Shown in pieces: positions 18,107 to 28,539 of a stretch of 64,000 nt of DNA (positions are counted from its first letter, which is position 1; every line of letters begins with the position of its first letter). The notes beneath the pieces are model-generated. The model saw nothing but the letters and a program-made list of their open reading frames with translations, made no database searches and had not been told where the DNA came from. The stretch spans positions 9,946-73,945 of the forward strand of contig CAYQUK010000001.1 in assembly GCA_964420875.1 (NCBI GenBank), in the 5' to 3' direction. A program made the translations under genes and the position numbers. Source of the DNA: an uncultured Candidatus Saccharibacteria bacterium (GTDB lineage: Bacteria; Patescibacteriota; Minisyncoccia; Phycocordibacterales; UBA5272).

Positions 18107-19159
18107 ATGATGTTCGACACTCAATCCTATATGAATATAGGTCTCGATATAGGTGATACAGGCATAAAGCTCGTCGAGCTATATAGGAGAGGCGACTCAC
18201 TACAACTGGGTACATATGCTGAGGTTATGCTCGGTACATATGCTGGTCGTGAAGCAGGAGAGATAACCAGGCTCGGTGAAGAGAAATTGAGATATGCAGT
18301 AAAAGACGCTTATACTGGAGCAAAAGCCGTTGCAAAAAATATAACAGTTGGACTGTCTATGGGGTCTTGCCAATTGATACATCTCACTTTACCAAAAGCA
18401 GCGGAAAGTATACTCGAGACTGTTGTACCTATTGAGGTCAGGAGATATGTGTCTATACCTTATTCAGAGTTAATAGTCTCTTATGAAAAGTTGCCACCAC
18501 ATCCACATCAAAAAGAAGACAGTCTAAACATCTTAGTATTAGCCGCAAAACAAAGTTCGGTTGATATGTTGCATCGCATAGTGGATAACATAGTGCCAGA
18601 GGCAGAGGTGATAGTAGAGCCCGGCATCTTTGGGGCTCTACGATCTATACCGTTAGACAAAAACAAAGTTAGTCTAGTTATTGATCTCGGCGCTACATTA
18701 ACTACCGTAGCCTTTGTATACGAAGGTGTATTGTATGGCGTCGAGACAACTATGAAGGGTGTATATAGTATAACTGAACATATAAAAGAGTCTCTAGGTA
18801 TGACATTCACCGAAGCAGAACTGATGAAAAAGGAATACGGCATACTCGGGTCACCTGCTCAGCCACTATTGCGTGATGTGGCAGTATTTGCTGCGAGGAG
18901 GGTGATAGAAGAAGTTATACACATACGTTCTCGCTTCGAGACGAGGTATACTACTACATGTACAGACGTATGGTTAACGGGAGGAGGTGCTCGTACAAAA
19001 GGTATACAAGAATTATTTACTCAGGAGACGGGGCTAGATGTAAAAATAGCTCGCCCGTTTGAAAGAGTGGAGATACCTAAAACTTTAGAAGAAAATCTTT
19101 TAGAAGGTTCACCAAGTTTCTCTCATGCTATTGGTCTAGCAATGTCACGTTTAATTTAA
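18107..19159 (+). CDS. pilM: Type IV pilus assembly protein PilM (actin-like ATPase fold)
   Basis: IGLDIGDTGIKLVEL N-terminus. 350 aa. First gene of the pilMNO arrangement. Confidence 0.75.
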   Translation: MMFDTQSYMNIGLDIGDTGIKLVELYRRGDSLQLGTYAEVMLGTYAGREAGEITRLGEEKLRYAVKDAYTGAKAVAKNITVGLSMGSCQLIHLTLPKAAESILETVVPIEVRRYVSIPYSELIVSYEKLPPHPHQKEDSLNILVLAAKQSSVDMLHRIVDNIVPEAEVIVEPGIFGALRSIPLDKNKVSLVIDLGATLTTVAFVYEGVLYGVETTMKGVYSITEHIKESLGMTFTEAELMKKEYGILGSPAQPLLRDVAVFAARRVIEEVIHIRSRFETRYTTTCTDVWLTGGGARTKGIQELFTQETGLDVKIARPFERVEIPKTLEENLLEGSPSFSHAIGLAMSRLI

Positions 19160-19163
19160 TTTT

Positions 19164-19898
19164 ATGCCACCACTAAGAACAACAACTTTTGTAGCGAAGC
19201 CAGCCAATGCAGTGCTTGAGGCAAAACCAGTCGATCCATTTTTCATATTAGGTTGTGTTTTTGTTGGGGCATCATTACTTTTTACTTTGTCTGCGTATGG
19301 TTACGGTTTATTAACAGAGTCCAACACAACAAAGATACAAGGTGAAATACAAAACATAGAGCAGGATCTCAAAAAGTATCCCCTGCAAGACATGTTGAAT
19401 TTCAATACAAAAATGACTACTGTTCAAGCCCTGCTTCGTAATCACACTTTCCCAGAGACTATATTCGCCGCACTTAGTAGTGGTGTTGAGAAAAATGTCT
19501 ATTATAATAGTTTTAGTTTGACGTACTCTCCTGGTGTTGGCCATACATTAGTATTGTCAGCTATTGCACCAGACTATGCCTCTGTTGCTAGACAAATAGA
19601 TGCTTTGAAAAATACAGCTTATGGCTCATTGTTTAAAAACGTAGAAATGACGTCTCTGGGCGATGACCAGTTTGGCAATAAGTTGGTAGATATACGCATA
19701 ACAGTAGCTGGAAGTTTGAGAAAATTTGACCTACCTACTACTGTTAGATCTATTAATGGTACCGTAAATACTTTACCATCTATTGTAACAACACCTACTA
19801 ATATAGGTACTCCGTCTGTTAGAATAGATACTCCTTTACCGCCAGCTGCCACAACAACCGCTGCGACATCAACCAACACATCATTAGAAAACCTATGA
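19164..19898 (+). CDS. pilN: PilN-like pilus assembly protein
   Basis: Single N-terminal TM, then coiled-coil, with a Thr/Pro-rich tail. Position after pilM. Confidence 0.5.
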   Translation: MPPLRTTTFVAKPANAVLEAKPVDPFFILGCVFVGASLLFTLSAYGYGLLTESNTTKIQGEIQNIEQDLKKYPLQDMLNFNTKMTTVQALLRNHTFPETIFAALSSGVEKNVYYNSFSLTYSPGVGHTLVLSAIAPDYASVARQIDALKNTAYGSLFKNVEMTSLGDDQFGNKLVDIRITVAGSLRKFDLPTTVRSINGTVNTLPSIVTTPTNIGTPSVRIDTPLPPAATTTAATSTNTSLENL

Positions 19899-20488
19899 AA
19901 CAATCATACATAAATTTAGCACTGTTTGCGCTCGGAGGACTCATAATGTGGTTCTTTGCTTTTCCTCTTTATGCCGGCAATGGACAAAGTATTTTGAATA
20001 GAAAATCAGTGATAGATTTGAATAAAGAAAATGCACAAAAACAAAACGAATTAAAATTGGCAAAAGATTTACAAGAGAGAGCGGCAGAAGAGACTGCTGC
20101 CTATGAAGCTATAGACACTGATTTGAAAGAAAAAATAAATAAAATGATATTTACGACAGTAGATATACCTAGGCTATTTAATGACATATCTATTTTAGTT
20201 AAAAATTCTGGATTAAAAATGGGGGCTATAAGCTATAGCAAAACATCTGCTCCAGACGGACTCAATCAGCTAAACTCTTACAAAATAAGTTTAAGTGTTA
20301 GTGGCGACTATTTAAAATTTAGAGAGTTTATGAAATCTATGCAAAACAGTTTGCAATTGTATAGAATCAGCTCTATATTTTTCACTTCTGTTAAATCTAC
20401 AGACACTAGAAACACTCAGGATCCTAGCGGTATATCTGGGGGGCAGAAATTTAATATAGTTTTTGATGTTTATGAATTTAAAAATTAA
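19895..20488 (+). CDS. pilO: PilO-like pilus assembly protein
   Basis: N-terminal TM, coiled coil. Position and size match PilO. Confidence 0.5.
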   Translation: MKQSYINLALFALGGLIMWFFAFPLYAGNGQSILNRKSVIDLNKENAQKQNELKLAKDLQERAAEETAAYEAIDTDLKEKINKMIFTTVDIPRLFNDISILVKNSGLKMGAISYSKTSAPDGLNQLNSYKISLSVSGDYLKFREFMKSMQNSLQLYRISSIFFTSVKSTDTRNTQDPSGISGGQKFNIVFDVYEFKN

Positions 20489-20496
20489 TAACTAAT

Positions 20497-20832
20497 ATGA
20501 AAATAAATTTTGATTTTTTGAATGATGTAAAGCTTGTAATATCTGGAGGGACCTTGGTTATACTTTTAACATTGACCGGATACATAGTTTATACTCAGAT
20601 TAATGATGAGGCTGTTTCGGGGGGGTCAACATTACAAGGTGAATTTTTCAATATGATTAGTAAATTTAACACAGAAAATATACGTTTTGAAAATGCTAAT
20701 CAAGCGTTGCGTGAGGCTACAGAAGACATGAATTCAACAAAGAATTTTATATGTCCAATAGATTCATCTGATCCCAAAGGTGAGAGATGTCCTTTGGGTG
20801 CTGGAGAGAGATCTGACCCATTTGCTCCATAA
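20497..20832 (+). CDS. Small TM protein in the pilus operon (PilP-like position)
   Basis: 111 aa, one TM helix, sits between pilO and pilB. Confidence 0.35.
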   Translation: MKINFDFLNDVKLVISGGTLVILLTLTGYIVYTQINDEAVSGGSTLQGEFFNMISKFNTENIRFENANQALREATEDMNSTKNFICPIDSSDPKGERCPLGAGERSDPFAP

Positions 20833-20840
20833 TAAGTTTT

Positions 20841-22598
20841 ATGTTAATCATCAATGAATTAGTACGAGCTGGTGTGATTAACGATTTGATAGCTCGCGAC
20901 GCCGAGCTGTCTTTTACTAATGGTGAGACTACAACAATAGACGAAGCATTGCTGCAAAGAGGTGTACAAGGAGAAGTGCTGAGAGCAAAACGTGCTGAGA
21001 TGTACGGGTTATCAGAGTACACAAAATCAATATTCGTTGATCCTGAGGCAGCGAGTCTCGTGCCAGAGGAGATAGTGAGGCGCACTCATGCTCTACCTAT
21101 AGAGACAGTGCAAAAACGAGATCACGTTCTCGTCGGTATAGTTGACCCAGAGATACCGGATGCATTAGATATATTGCAAACAACATTGGGTGCAAAAAAT
21201 GCCCGATATCGTTTGGTGGTTATAACTTACCAGCAATTTTTGCAAGGTCTGGATAGCTATCTCAGCTCACAAAAAGTTCAAATGGGAGACGAGTCTATAA
21301 AATTAAAATCTCCTAGTATGATGTTAGAAGAGGTGACGAAAGACGTAGTAAAAAAAGATGATGGAGAGGAGGAAGATTTGGACTTGACTACAATAGATGG
21401 CACCATTACACCAGAATTAAAAAATGAATCAGTGGGAGTTATTGTGAATACATTGATACGTCATGCTATAGATGAGTCCGCATCAGATATACACATAGAA
21501 CCAGGAGACAAAAACATGAGAGTTCGCATGCGTATAGACGGTATATTAGAAGAGGTGATATCTTTTCCTGCGTACATAGAGCAAACAATAACAGCTAGAT
21601 TTAAAATACTTTCTAATATGAGATTGGACGAAAAGAGAAAGCCTCAAGATGGACGTTTTTCTTCAAAACTTGATAATCATAAGGTGGATTTTCGTGTATC
21701 TGTTATGCCTTCTTATTATGGCGAGAAAGTGGTTATACGTATCCTCGACTCTTTTAGAGGGGTAAAACCATTGAATGAAATCGGTTTTTCAGAGGCACAT
21801 TTGAAAGATATACGACGTGCACTTGAGAGGCCGTATGGTATGGTTTTGATATCTGGGCCAACAGGATCAGGAAAGACAACTACCCTTTATTCGATGTTAA
21901 ATGAGATAGACAGAAAGACTCGCAATGTGGTATCTCTTGAGGATCCGGTGGAGTACAAATTGGGCGATGTCACACAGTCACAGATATTCCCAGAGATTGG
22001 ATATACTTTTGCAACAGGGTTGCGTTCAATATTGCGTCAGGACCCGGATGTAATTATGGTGGGAGAGATACGTGATGCAGAGACAGCTCAACTAGCTATT
22101 CAGGCCGCACTCACAGGTCACCTTGTGTTTTCTACTATTCACACCAACAATGCCGCGGGTGTTGTGTCGCGCCTCAAAGATATGAATGTTGATCCGTATC
22201 TGATAGCTCCGACATTGTGCCTAGCTGTAGCGCAGCGTCTGGTACGAAAGATCAGTCCTTCGTCTGAGAATCCACTGGTTATGGATCCAGCAAAGAAGGC
22301 TTTGATAGATGAGGTTTTCAAGGATTATCCAGAAGAGTTTAAAAAAGATTTGAAACTCGATAGACCACTACATGAAGCCATTCCTTCCCCTATGAGTCCA
22401 ACAGGATTAAAAGGTCGTATACCAGTAGTCGAGACTATGTATATAGAGGACGACATACAAGAGGCAATACTCAACAATAAAACAGATGATGAGTTGTGGG
22501 CCTTGGCAGCAAAGAGGGGTGCCATATCTATACAACAGGATGCAGTTTTGAAATCAATGGATGGTCTTGTTCCTTTTGTGGAAATCAATTCACTTTAA
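20841..22598 (+). CDS. pilB: Type IV pilus assembly/extension ATPase PilB (GspE family)
   Basis: Walker A GPTGSGKTT. Asp/His boxes. N-terminal GSPII_E-like domain. 585 aa. Confidence 0.85.
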   Translation: MLIINELVRAGVINDLIARDAELSFTNGETTTIDEALLQRGVQGEVLRAKRAEMYGLSEYTKSIFVDPEAASLVPEEIVRRTHALPIETVQKRDHVLVGIVDPEIPDALDILQTTLGAKNARYRLVVITYQQFLQGLDSYLSSQKVQMGDESIKLKSPSMMLEEVTKDVVKKDDGEEEDLDLTTIDGTITPELKNESVGVIVNTLIRHAIDESASDIHIEPGDKNMRVRMRIDGILEEVISFPAYIEQTITARFKILSNMRLDEKRKPQDGRFSSKLDNHKVDFRVSVMPSYYGEKVVIRILDSFRGVKPLNEIGFSEAHLKDIRRALERPYGMVLISGPTGSGKTTTLYSMLNEIDRKTRNVVSLEDPVEYKLGDVTQSQIFPEIGYTFATGLRSILRQDPDVIMVGEIRDAETAQLAIQAALTGHLVFSTIHTNNAAGVVSRLKDMNVDPYLIAPTLCLAVAQRLVRKISPSSENPLVMDPAKKALIDEVFKDYPEEFKKDLKLDRPLHEAIPSPMSPTGLKGRIPVVETMYIEDDIQEAILNNKTDDELWALAAKRGAISIQQDAVLKSMDGLVPFVEINSL

Positions 22599-22625
22599 TA
22601 CTAGTCGTTAGTATATACTGTCATT

Positions 22626-23684
22626 ATGGATAGCGCTCAATTACTCGATACTATTATTATGTCCCTGGTGAAGGAGACTGGTTCAGATATACATCTCGTG
22701 AGCGGTGTGTATCCGGCTATTAGAGTGCATAGTGAGATATTACCTCTCACTAAATTAAAAATACTTGACCCCACTGACACACTTGGCTGTTTGCGTGAGA
22801 TGATCAATGACACACAGTATGAGATGTTGATACACAATCAACAGTTGGATTTTGCATATACACATCGTGGCGAGTATCGCCTTCGTGGGAATGCCTTTTT
22901 CCAAAAAGGCAGCATAGCTGTTGTTATGCGTCTCATTACAAAGATAAAATCTCTGGGTGATCTTAATTTACCAGATGTGTTGTTAGACTTTGCACACAGG
23001 AAACAAGGATTCTTTTTAGTTGTGGGTCCGGTGGGTCAAGGTAAAACGTCTACTCTCGCAGCAATGATAGATGACATCAATCAAAAAGACAGAAAAATGA
23101 TAGTCACTATCGAGGACCCAATAGAGTATATTTATGAGCCAAAGAATAGTTATATAATGCAACGTGAAGTTGGTTTTGATACTTTAGATTTTGAGTCAGG
23201 ATTGCATGCGTCATTCAGACAAGATATAGATGTTTTACTTATTGGTGAGATGCGCAATACAGAGACAATGCGTGCGGCTGTTACTGCTGCTGAGACAGGA
23301 CATCTTGTGTTCTCTACTTTGCATACAAACTCTGCTAGTCAGACTATTGATCGTATTATTGACAGCTTTCCAGCTGAACAGCAGGGTCAGATCAGGTCAC
23401 AATTGGCAGCGTCTTTGATCGGTATTTTCTCGCAGCGTCTCATACCAAAAATAGGAGGGGGACTGGTTCCGGCATATGAATTGCTAGTTGCGACTCCGGC
23501 GGTACAAAACTTGATCAGAGAGAAAAGGACTTTTGAAATAGATACAGTTATAGAGACTGGTAGAGAAAATGGTATGATTAATTTTGATAGTTGTCTTTCT
23601 GATCTTGTTAGACGTGGAGACATAACTTTAGAGTCGGCCATGAGAATAGCTAAAAATCCAAAAGTGTTTGGTGAGATGCTATAG
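22626..23684 (+). CDS. pilT: Twitching-motility retraction ATPase PilT
   Basis: VGPVGQGKTSTLAAMID Walker A, LVFSTLHTNSASQTIDRI. 352 aa. Confidence 0.85.
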   Translation: MDSAQLLDTIIMSLVKETGSDIHLVSGVYPAIRVHSEILPLTKLKILDPTDTLGCLREMINDTQYEMLIHNQQLDFAYTHRGEYRLRGNAFFQKGSIAVVMRLITKIKSLGDLNLPDVLLDFAHRKQGFFLVVGPVGQGKTSTLAAMIDDINQKDRKMIVTIEDPIEYIYEPKNSYIMQREVGFDTLDFESGLHASFRQDIDVLLIGEMRNTETMRAAVTAAETGHLVFSTLHTNSASQTIDRIIDSFPAEQQGQIRSQLAASLIGIFSQRLIPKIGGGLVPAYELLVATPAVQNLIREKRTFEIDTVIETGRENGMINFDSCLSDLVRRGDITLESAMRIAKNPKVFGEML

Positions 23685-23686
23685 AT

Positions 23687-24895
23687 ATGAAGTTTAATTA
23701 TAAAATTTTCAACAAAGATACACAGATGGTAGAAGGGATAGCAGAGGCTGCCTCAAAAGATGATCTTATCGGCAAACTTCAAAGTGAAGGCAATATTATA
23801 GTTTCTGTAGATGAGGCGCCATCTGATATGTCTTCGACTTTCTTTGAAAAGTTAACAGAGAGAATATCAGAAAAAGATGTTGTGATGGCGTCAAAACAGT
23901 TAGCAACTCTTATTTCTGGCGGGATACAAGCATTGCGTAGTTTTCGTTTGATGGCATCAGAGAGTTCCTCAAAGGCTCTTGGTAAAAGATTTACTATTAT
24001 TGCTGACGATGTGCAGTCTGGTATACCGGTTTACAAGGCACTTGCTCGCCATCCAGATGTGTTTAACAATTTTTATATATCAATGGTTCATGCCGGTGAA
24101 GAGTCTGGTAAATTGCGTGAGGTGCTCGAGTATCTGGCCGATTATCTGGAGCGTAATTATGAGTTGATGCAAAAAACAAAAAAAGCATTAACCTATCCGA
24201 CATTTGTGATCTTTACTTTTATTGCGGTGATGTTAATCATGTCAGTGTTTGTATTACCAAAGCTTGCAGAACTTCTAACTCAACAAGGACAAGCTTTACC
24301 TGTATATACTCAGGCTATAGTTGATTTTAGTGCATTTATTATTGCTTATTGGTGGATGATAATACCTGCTATTATCATACTCGGTTACTACCTGTTTACG
24401 TATATCAAAACTCCAAACGGAACAGCTTATTTTGATAATTTTAAATTGCGCATACCAGCTATTAGTAACCTATACAAAAAACTCTATTTATCGCGTATGT
24501 CTGACAACATAGAGACAATGCTCGCTTCTGGTGTGCCAATTGTCCAGGCACTACAGATTACTAGTGAGGTGGTGGACAATTATGTATTTAGAAAAATGCT
24601 TGAGCGTGTAGAGAGCAAGGTACGCCAAGGTAAATTGCTATCTGTTGCTTTTAGTGAGGAGCCGCTGATACCAACAGTTATGGTTCAGATGACGAGAATA
24701 GGTGAAGAGACTGGAGAGTTAGGGTATATGTTGAAAAATTTATCAAAGTTTTATAAACGTGAACTCGAGCAGACTATTGAGAGCACTCTTGCATTGCTCG
24801 AGCCAGTAATGATAGTTGTGATGGGTCTCGGGGTAGGTATACTCGTTTTGTCAGTACTGTCACCAATGTATAACCTAACAACATCTATACAATAA
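23687..24895 (+). CDS. pilC: Type IV pilus platform protein PilC (GspF family)
   Basis: Two T2SSF repeats, 3 TM helices, 402 aa. Confidence 0.8.
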   Translation: MKFNYKIFNKDTQMVEGIAEAASKDDLIGKLQSEGNIIVSVDEAPSDMSSTFFEKLTERISEKDVVMASKQLATLISGGIQALRSFRLMASESSSKALGKRFTIIADDVQSGIPVYKALARHPDVFNNFYISMVHAGEESGKLREVLEYLADYLERNYELMQKTKKALTYPTFVIFTFIAVMLIMSVFVLPKLAELLTQQGQALPVYTQAIVDFSAFIIAYWWMIIPAIIILGYYLFTYIKTPNGTAYFDNFKLRIPAISNLYKKLYLSRMSDNIETMLASGVPIVQALQITSEVVDNYVFRKMLERVESKVRQGKLLSVAFSEEPLIPTVMVQMTRIGEETGELGYMLKNLSKFYKRELEQTIESTLALLEPVMIVVMGLGVGILVLSVLSPMYNLTTSIQ

Positions 24896-24976
24896 TTTTT
24901 TTGGGGATAAGTTTTGCTCTCATAAGGTGTTTAGTTTTATACTTAGAGTAAGTTTTTATGATCAAGTAATATTGCC

Positions 24977-25576
24977 GTGCAAAAAAATAAAAAACAAATT
25001 AGAGGTTTTACTTTACTTGAGCTGATTGTAGTTATAGCCATTGTGGGTGTCTTGTCTGTTATCATTCTCCCATCATTCACAACAGCATTAGCGAGATCAA
25101 GAGACGGTAGAAAAATATCTGAGTTAGTTGGCATACAAAAGTCTCTCGCCCAGTGGGCTAATAACAATAGCGGCAGATATCCTGCAACATCAACTATGCC
25201 AACAAAGGCCGCAGGTTGCGCAGGGTCTATCACATCTCTTTGTGCACTTGTCACACATAACATAACCACAAAACTACCAGACGGAGCATTTAATGGTAGT
25301 GGTCCTGGTGGATCAGGTACTCTTTATAACTATGTTGGTGTTGCATGTTTTACTGGTGGTCTGTGTCAGTCATATCAATTGTGGGTTGACCTCGAAAAGA
25401 CAAACACCTCACTAGCTAGCGACTCTGACGCATCCGGTACAGCTACCACCACATGGCGCGGCGTTGATTGGACTGCGAGCGGTATGATATTACCTGTTAC
25501 AAACAGTATGGCAAATGGAGAAACTGAAACTTGTACTGGTACTGCAAACACTTGTGTATTTGATTTGCGTCCGTAG
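24977..25576 (+). CDS. pilA: Type IV major pilin (paralogue 1), GTG start
   Basis: Class III signal MQKNKKQIRG|FTLLELIVVIAI with Phe+1/Glu+5. Ser/Thr/Gly-rich variable C-terminal domain with Cys pairs. Confidence 0.8.
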   Translation: MQKNKKQIRGFTLLELIVVIAIVGVLSVIILPSFTTALARSRDGRKISELVGIQKSLAQWANNNSGRYPATSTMPTKAAGCAGSITSLCALVTHNITTKLPDGAFNGSGPGGSGTLYNYVGVACFTGGLCQSYQLWVDLEKTNTSLASDSDASGTATTTWRGVDWTASGMILPVTNSMANGETETCTGTANTCVFDLRP

Positions 25577-25597
25577 TTTATAATGTATTTCAAAAAT

Positions 25598-25630
25598 AAA
25601 ATCTCATAATTTTTTGAGATTTTATTTTGT
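25598..25630 (+). terminator. Probable terminator between the tandem pilin genes
   Basis: aaaatctc-(AT loop)-gagatttt followed by T-run. Confidence 0.45.
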
Positions 25631-25673
25631 ATGTGTATAAGAATGAGTTTATTTTTTTGTTTTATGAGTATAC

Positions 25674-25701
25674 TTGATATTAGTAATCGAAAGATTATAA
25701 A
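25674..25701 (+). promoter_or_regulatory. Putative sigma70-type promoter for pilin paralogue 2
   Basis: TTGATA, 16-nt spacer, TATAAA, about 18 nt upstream of ATG 25719. Confidence 0.35.
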
Positions 25702-25718
25702 TTTATAATTAAAAAAGT

Positions 25719-26330
25719 ATGATTAAAAACAAAACATCACTACGCGGCTTTACTCTCCTAGAGCTTATCGTTGTGATTGCTATTATCGGTGTTCTATCTG
25801 TTATCATCCTCCCATCATTCACAACAGCACTAGCTCGTTCACGTGATGGTAGAAAGATTTCAGAACTTCGTGGTATTCAAGCTGGGTTGGTGCAATTTGC
25901 TCAAAACAATAATGGATTCTATCCTGCAGCAACAGCTATGCCAACACAAACTGCTGGTTGTTCTTCTATAACAGTAGCAACCACATCACTTTGTGCGATA
26001 ATAAATAGCGGTATAGATAATAGACTTCCATCAGGGGTTTATTCAAATAACGCTGTTTATAATTACGTTGGAGTTGCTTGTACAACTGGTACAGGAGGTA
26101 TGTGTTTATCGTATCAGCTTTGGACAAACCTAGAACAAAGTAACGCTGGGCTAACTAGTGACGCAGATGTTACAACATCAAATGCTACAAGTACATACAG
26201 TACAACAACATTGACGACTTCTGGAGTAATAGCTAGTACTACAGCTAATACTTTTGGAGGTATTCAAAATGGATCAACAGAGACATGTAACGGAGGTACA
26301 AATACATGTGTATTTGATCTAGTCCCATAA
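25719..26330 (+). CDS. pilA: Type IV major pilin (paralogue 2)
   Basis: MIKNKTSLRG|FTLLELIVVIAI. First ~55 aa nearly identical to paralogue 1. The C-terminal half is divergent and very Thr/Ser-rich. Confidence 0.8.
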   Translation: MIKNKTSLRGFTLLELIVVIAIIGVLSVIILPSFTTALARSRDGRKISELRGIQAGLVQFAQNNNGFYPAATAMPTQTAGCSSITVATTSLCAIINSGIDNRLPSGVYSNNAVYNYVGVACTTGTGGMCLSYQLWTNLEQSNAGLTSDADVTTSNATSTYSTTTLTTSGVIASTTANTFGGIQNGSTETCNGGTNTCVFDLVP

Positions 26331-26354
26331 TCGTTTCTTAAAAAGAATAACAAC

Positions 26355-27134
26355 GTGAACATATTATTTGCTTTTGTCTTTGGTGCTGCGCTAGGGAGCT
26401 TCGCGAATCTCTGTGCAGACAGACTGCGGGTCAAATCCGTATGGACAGGCAGAAGTGAATGTATGTCATGCGGAAAAAAGCTCTCCCCGGGGGAGCTTTT
26501 TCCCATATTATCATTCCTTTTAATTAGAGGTAAATGTAAATCATGTGGCTCAAAGCTGTCCCCAGTGTATTTATATAGCGAGACACTCTCTGGTGCGTTG
26601 GTTGCTATTGCTTATGTTGTTGCGACGTCTTTGCCATTTACTTTCCTTGCTCAATTAATTATATTTTTAGTTACTTCCTTCGTGATCTGTTTGTCCATGA
26701 TTATCATCATCTATGACATCAGACATACCATTGTCCCTGTTGAGGTGGTCAGTATATTGATAGCGACGGGCTTGTTTTTGACAGCTGTCAGGGCGTTCAT
26801 GTATGGATTCAACGCTTATGATATTTTGTCAGGTGTTATTGTTGCTGCTCCATTTGCAATTCTTTACGCGGTATCAAAGGGTAAGTGGTTGGGTATGGGC
26901 GATATACTGGTTTATGTTGCTTTTGGTTTCATACTTGGGTTACCATTTGGTATCACGATGTTCCTCTATTCTGTATGGTTGGGGGCATTTGTAGCTGTGC
27001 TCCTTATGATATTCCATGGTGATAAATATGGAATGAAAAGTGAAATGCCCTTTACTCCATTTATAATAATTGCAGCTTTATTAGTGTGGTACACTCAAAC
27101 TGATATACTAAATCTGCATGAAATTATTTATTAG
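26355..27134 (+). CDS. pilD: Prepilin peptidase PilD (A24 family, with N-terminal Cys4 Zn motif)
   Basis: CxxC...CxxC (ECMSCGKKL...GKCKSCGSKL), catalytic Asp-containing TM core, 259 aa. Confidence 0.8.
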   Translation: MNILFAFVFGAALGSFANLCADRLRVKSVWTGRSECMSCGKKLSPGELFPILSFLLIRGKCKSCGSKLSPVYLYSETLSGALVAIAYVVATSLPFTFLAQLIIFLVTSFVICLSMIIIIYDIRHTIVPVEVVSILIATGLFLTAVRAFMYGFNAYDILSGVIVAAPFAILYAVSKGKWLGMGDILVYVAFGFILGLPFGITMFLYSVWLGAFVAVLLMIFHGDKYGMKSEMPFTPFIIIAALLVWYTQTDILNLHEIIY

Positions 27135-27789
27135 ATTCAAAAATAGACTTGCCGGATTCTCTCTTGTCGAGATGGTAATATCGATGAGTATTATATCTAT
27201 ACTTTCCATCATTTTGTATGGTAATTATCCATCTATGAATAAATTTGTGAGTTATGCTACTGCAATTAATGACTTTGCTTCTCAAATAAAAGAGGTACAA
27301 ATATATGGGGCCTCCCGTGGAGGTGATACAGCAAAAGGTGATGGTATATACATAGCAACTAGTACACCTTATAACTATTATCTTTTTAATGATGCCATCA
27401 ACTCATCATCTACCACCACAGGTATAGGCACATCAAATCTAAGATGGGATGGTGCGTCTCTAGAGCCAACAACAACAAAAACTTTCCTCAACTCTACATA
27501 CATAACCAGACTATGTTATAACAATTCATTTACTTATGACCCAACTACAGGGACATCTACTGAAAGTGGGGCTTATGTATGTACGATATCTAACATAATG
27601 ATTACATTTGCTCGTCCGAAACTAAATGCAAACATAGCATATGTTACTAGTGGTGGAGCCACCACTACTGTTAACCGAATGTGTTTAGAAATGGGGCAGG
27701 TTGGAGTCAGCACTAGTACTCAGCAGAGATCCATAATAGTAAAGTCATCAGGACAAGTTATAGTACAAAGAGTGAGGTGTACCCCATAA
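27118..27789 (+). CDS. Minor pilin / pseudopilin
   Basis: Prepilin-type N-terminus ...AGFSLVEMVISMSI. Confidence 0.65.
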   Translation: MKLFIRFKNRLAGFSLVEMVISMSIISILSIILYGNYPSMNKFVSYATAINDFASQIKEVQIYGASRGGDTAKGDGIYIATSTPYNYYLFNDAINSSSTTTGIGTSNLRWDGASLEPTTTKTFLNSTYITRLCYNNSFTYDPTTGTSTESGAYVCTISNIMITFARPKLNANIAYVTSGGATTTVNRMCLEMGQVGVSTSTQQRSIIVKSSGQVIVQRVRCTP

Positions 27790-27807
27790 TTGTAGTAATA
27801 TATTTAT

Positions 27808-28536
27808 ATGATCAAGGTTTTATTTAAAAACAAAATAATAAAAGATGAGGTAAGAGGATTTACTTTGGTTGAGCTGATGGTTGCTGTGTCACTGTTTTCT
27901 TTTGTTGCTCTTATGGTTGGTAGTATAGTTTTCAGTGCTAATGCTATTAATGATAGACTGGCAGCCAGTCGTGCTGTGTACGAGTCTATTAATTTAGTAT
28001 TAGACGATATGTCTCGTGAGATATCTCAAGGTACTAAATATCGCTGTTTGTTATCCAATGAATTCATTGTTAATGTGCCAACAGATCTTAATAAAACTAG
28101 AGATTGTGACAACGGTATCTATGGTGTAGCATTCAAGCCATCAGAATATAGCGCATACGCTATTGTTCCTACGCCAGATATAACATATACAAATCCAGTA
28201 TCATCGGTAGGGTATGTTTTAGATAATGGAGCAATAAGGCGTTATCTAGGTTATGTAAATGTTGACGGGTCTAATAATGTTACGGCATCTAACTTTGGTA
28301 GAGGTGTTGCTGAAAACTTTGCTTCAGTGCCAGGGAGAAACGAAGTTATCAGCCCCTCAAATATAACAGTAACAAAATTTTCAATAACAGCCACTAATAC
28401 ATTGTCATATGTAGAGGATAGCAGCAATATAGGGCAGGCATATGTACAAGTTGTGATAGAGGGTCAAACAAATACAAAACCAATAGTGCCATTTTCTGTG
28501 CAGGCGACAATAACTCAACGTGAACCTGAAAATTAA
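27808..28536 (+). CDS. Minor pilin / pseudopilin
   Basis: ...VRGFTLVELMVAVSLF prepilin N-terminus. Confidence 0.65.
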   Translation: MIKVLFKNKIIKDEVRGFTLVELMVAVSLFSFVALMVGSIVFSANAINDRLAASRAVYESINLVLDDMSREISQGTKYRCLLSNEFIVNVPTDLNKTRDCDNGIYGVAFKPSEYSAYAIVPTPDITYTNPVSSVGYVLDNGAIRRYLGYVNVDGSNNVTASNFGRGVAENFASVPGRNEVISPSNITVTKFSITATNTLSYVEDSSNIGQAYVQVVIEGQTNTKPIVPFSVQATITQREPEN

Positions 28537-28539
28537 TAT

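Noticed and set aside
17838-18215. Minus-strand ORF 17838..18215 overlapping the histone-like gene and terminator
   Set aside because: Cys/Phe-rich shadow frame of a Lys-codon (AAA/AAG)-rich region. It crosses a strong terminator hairpin.
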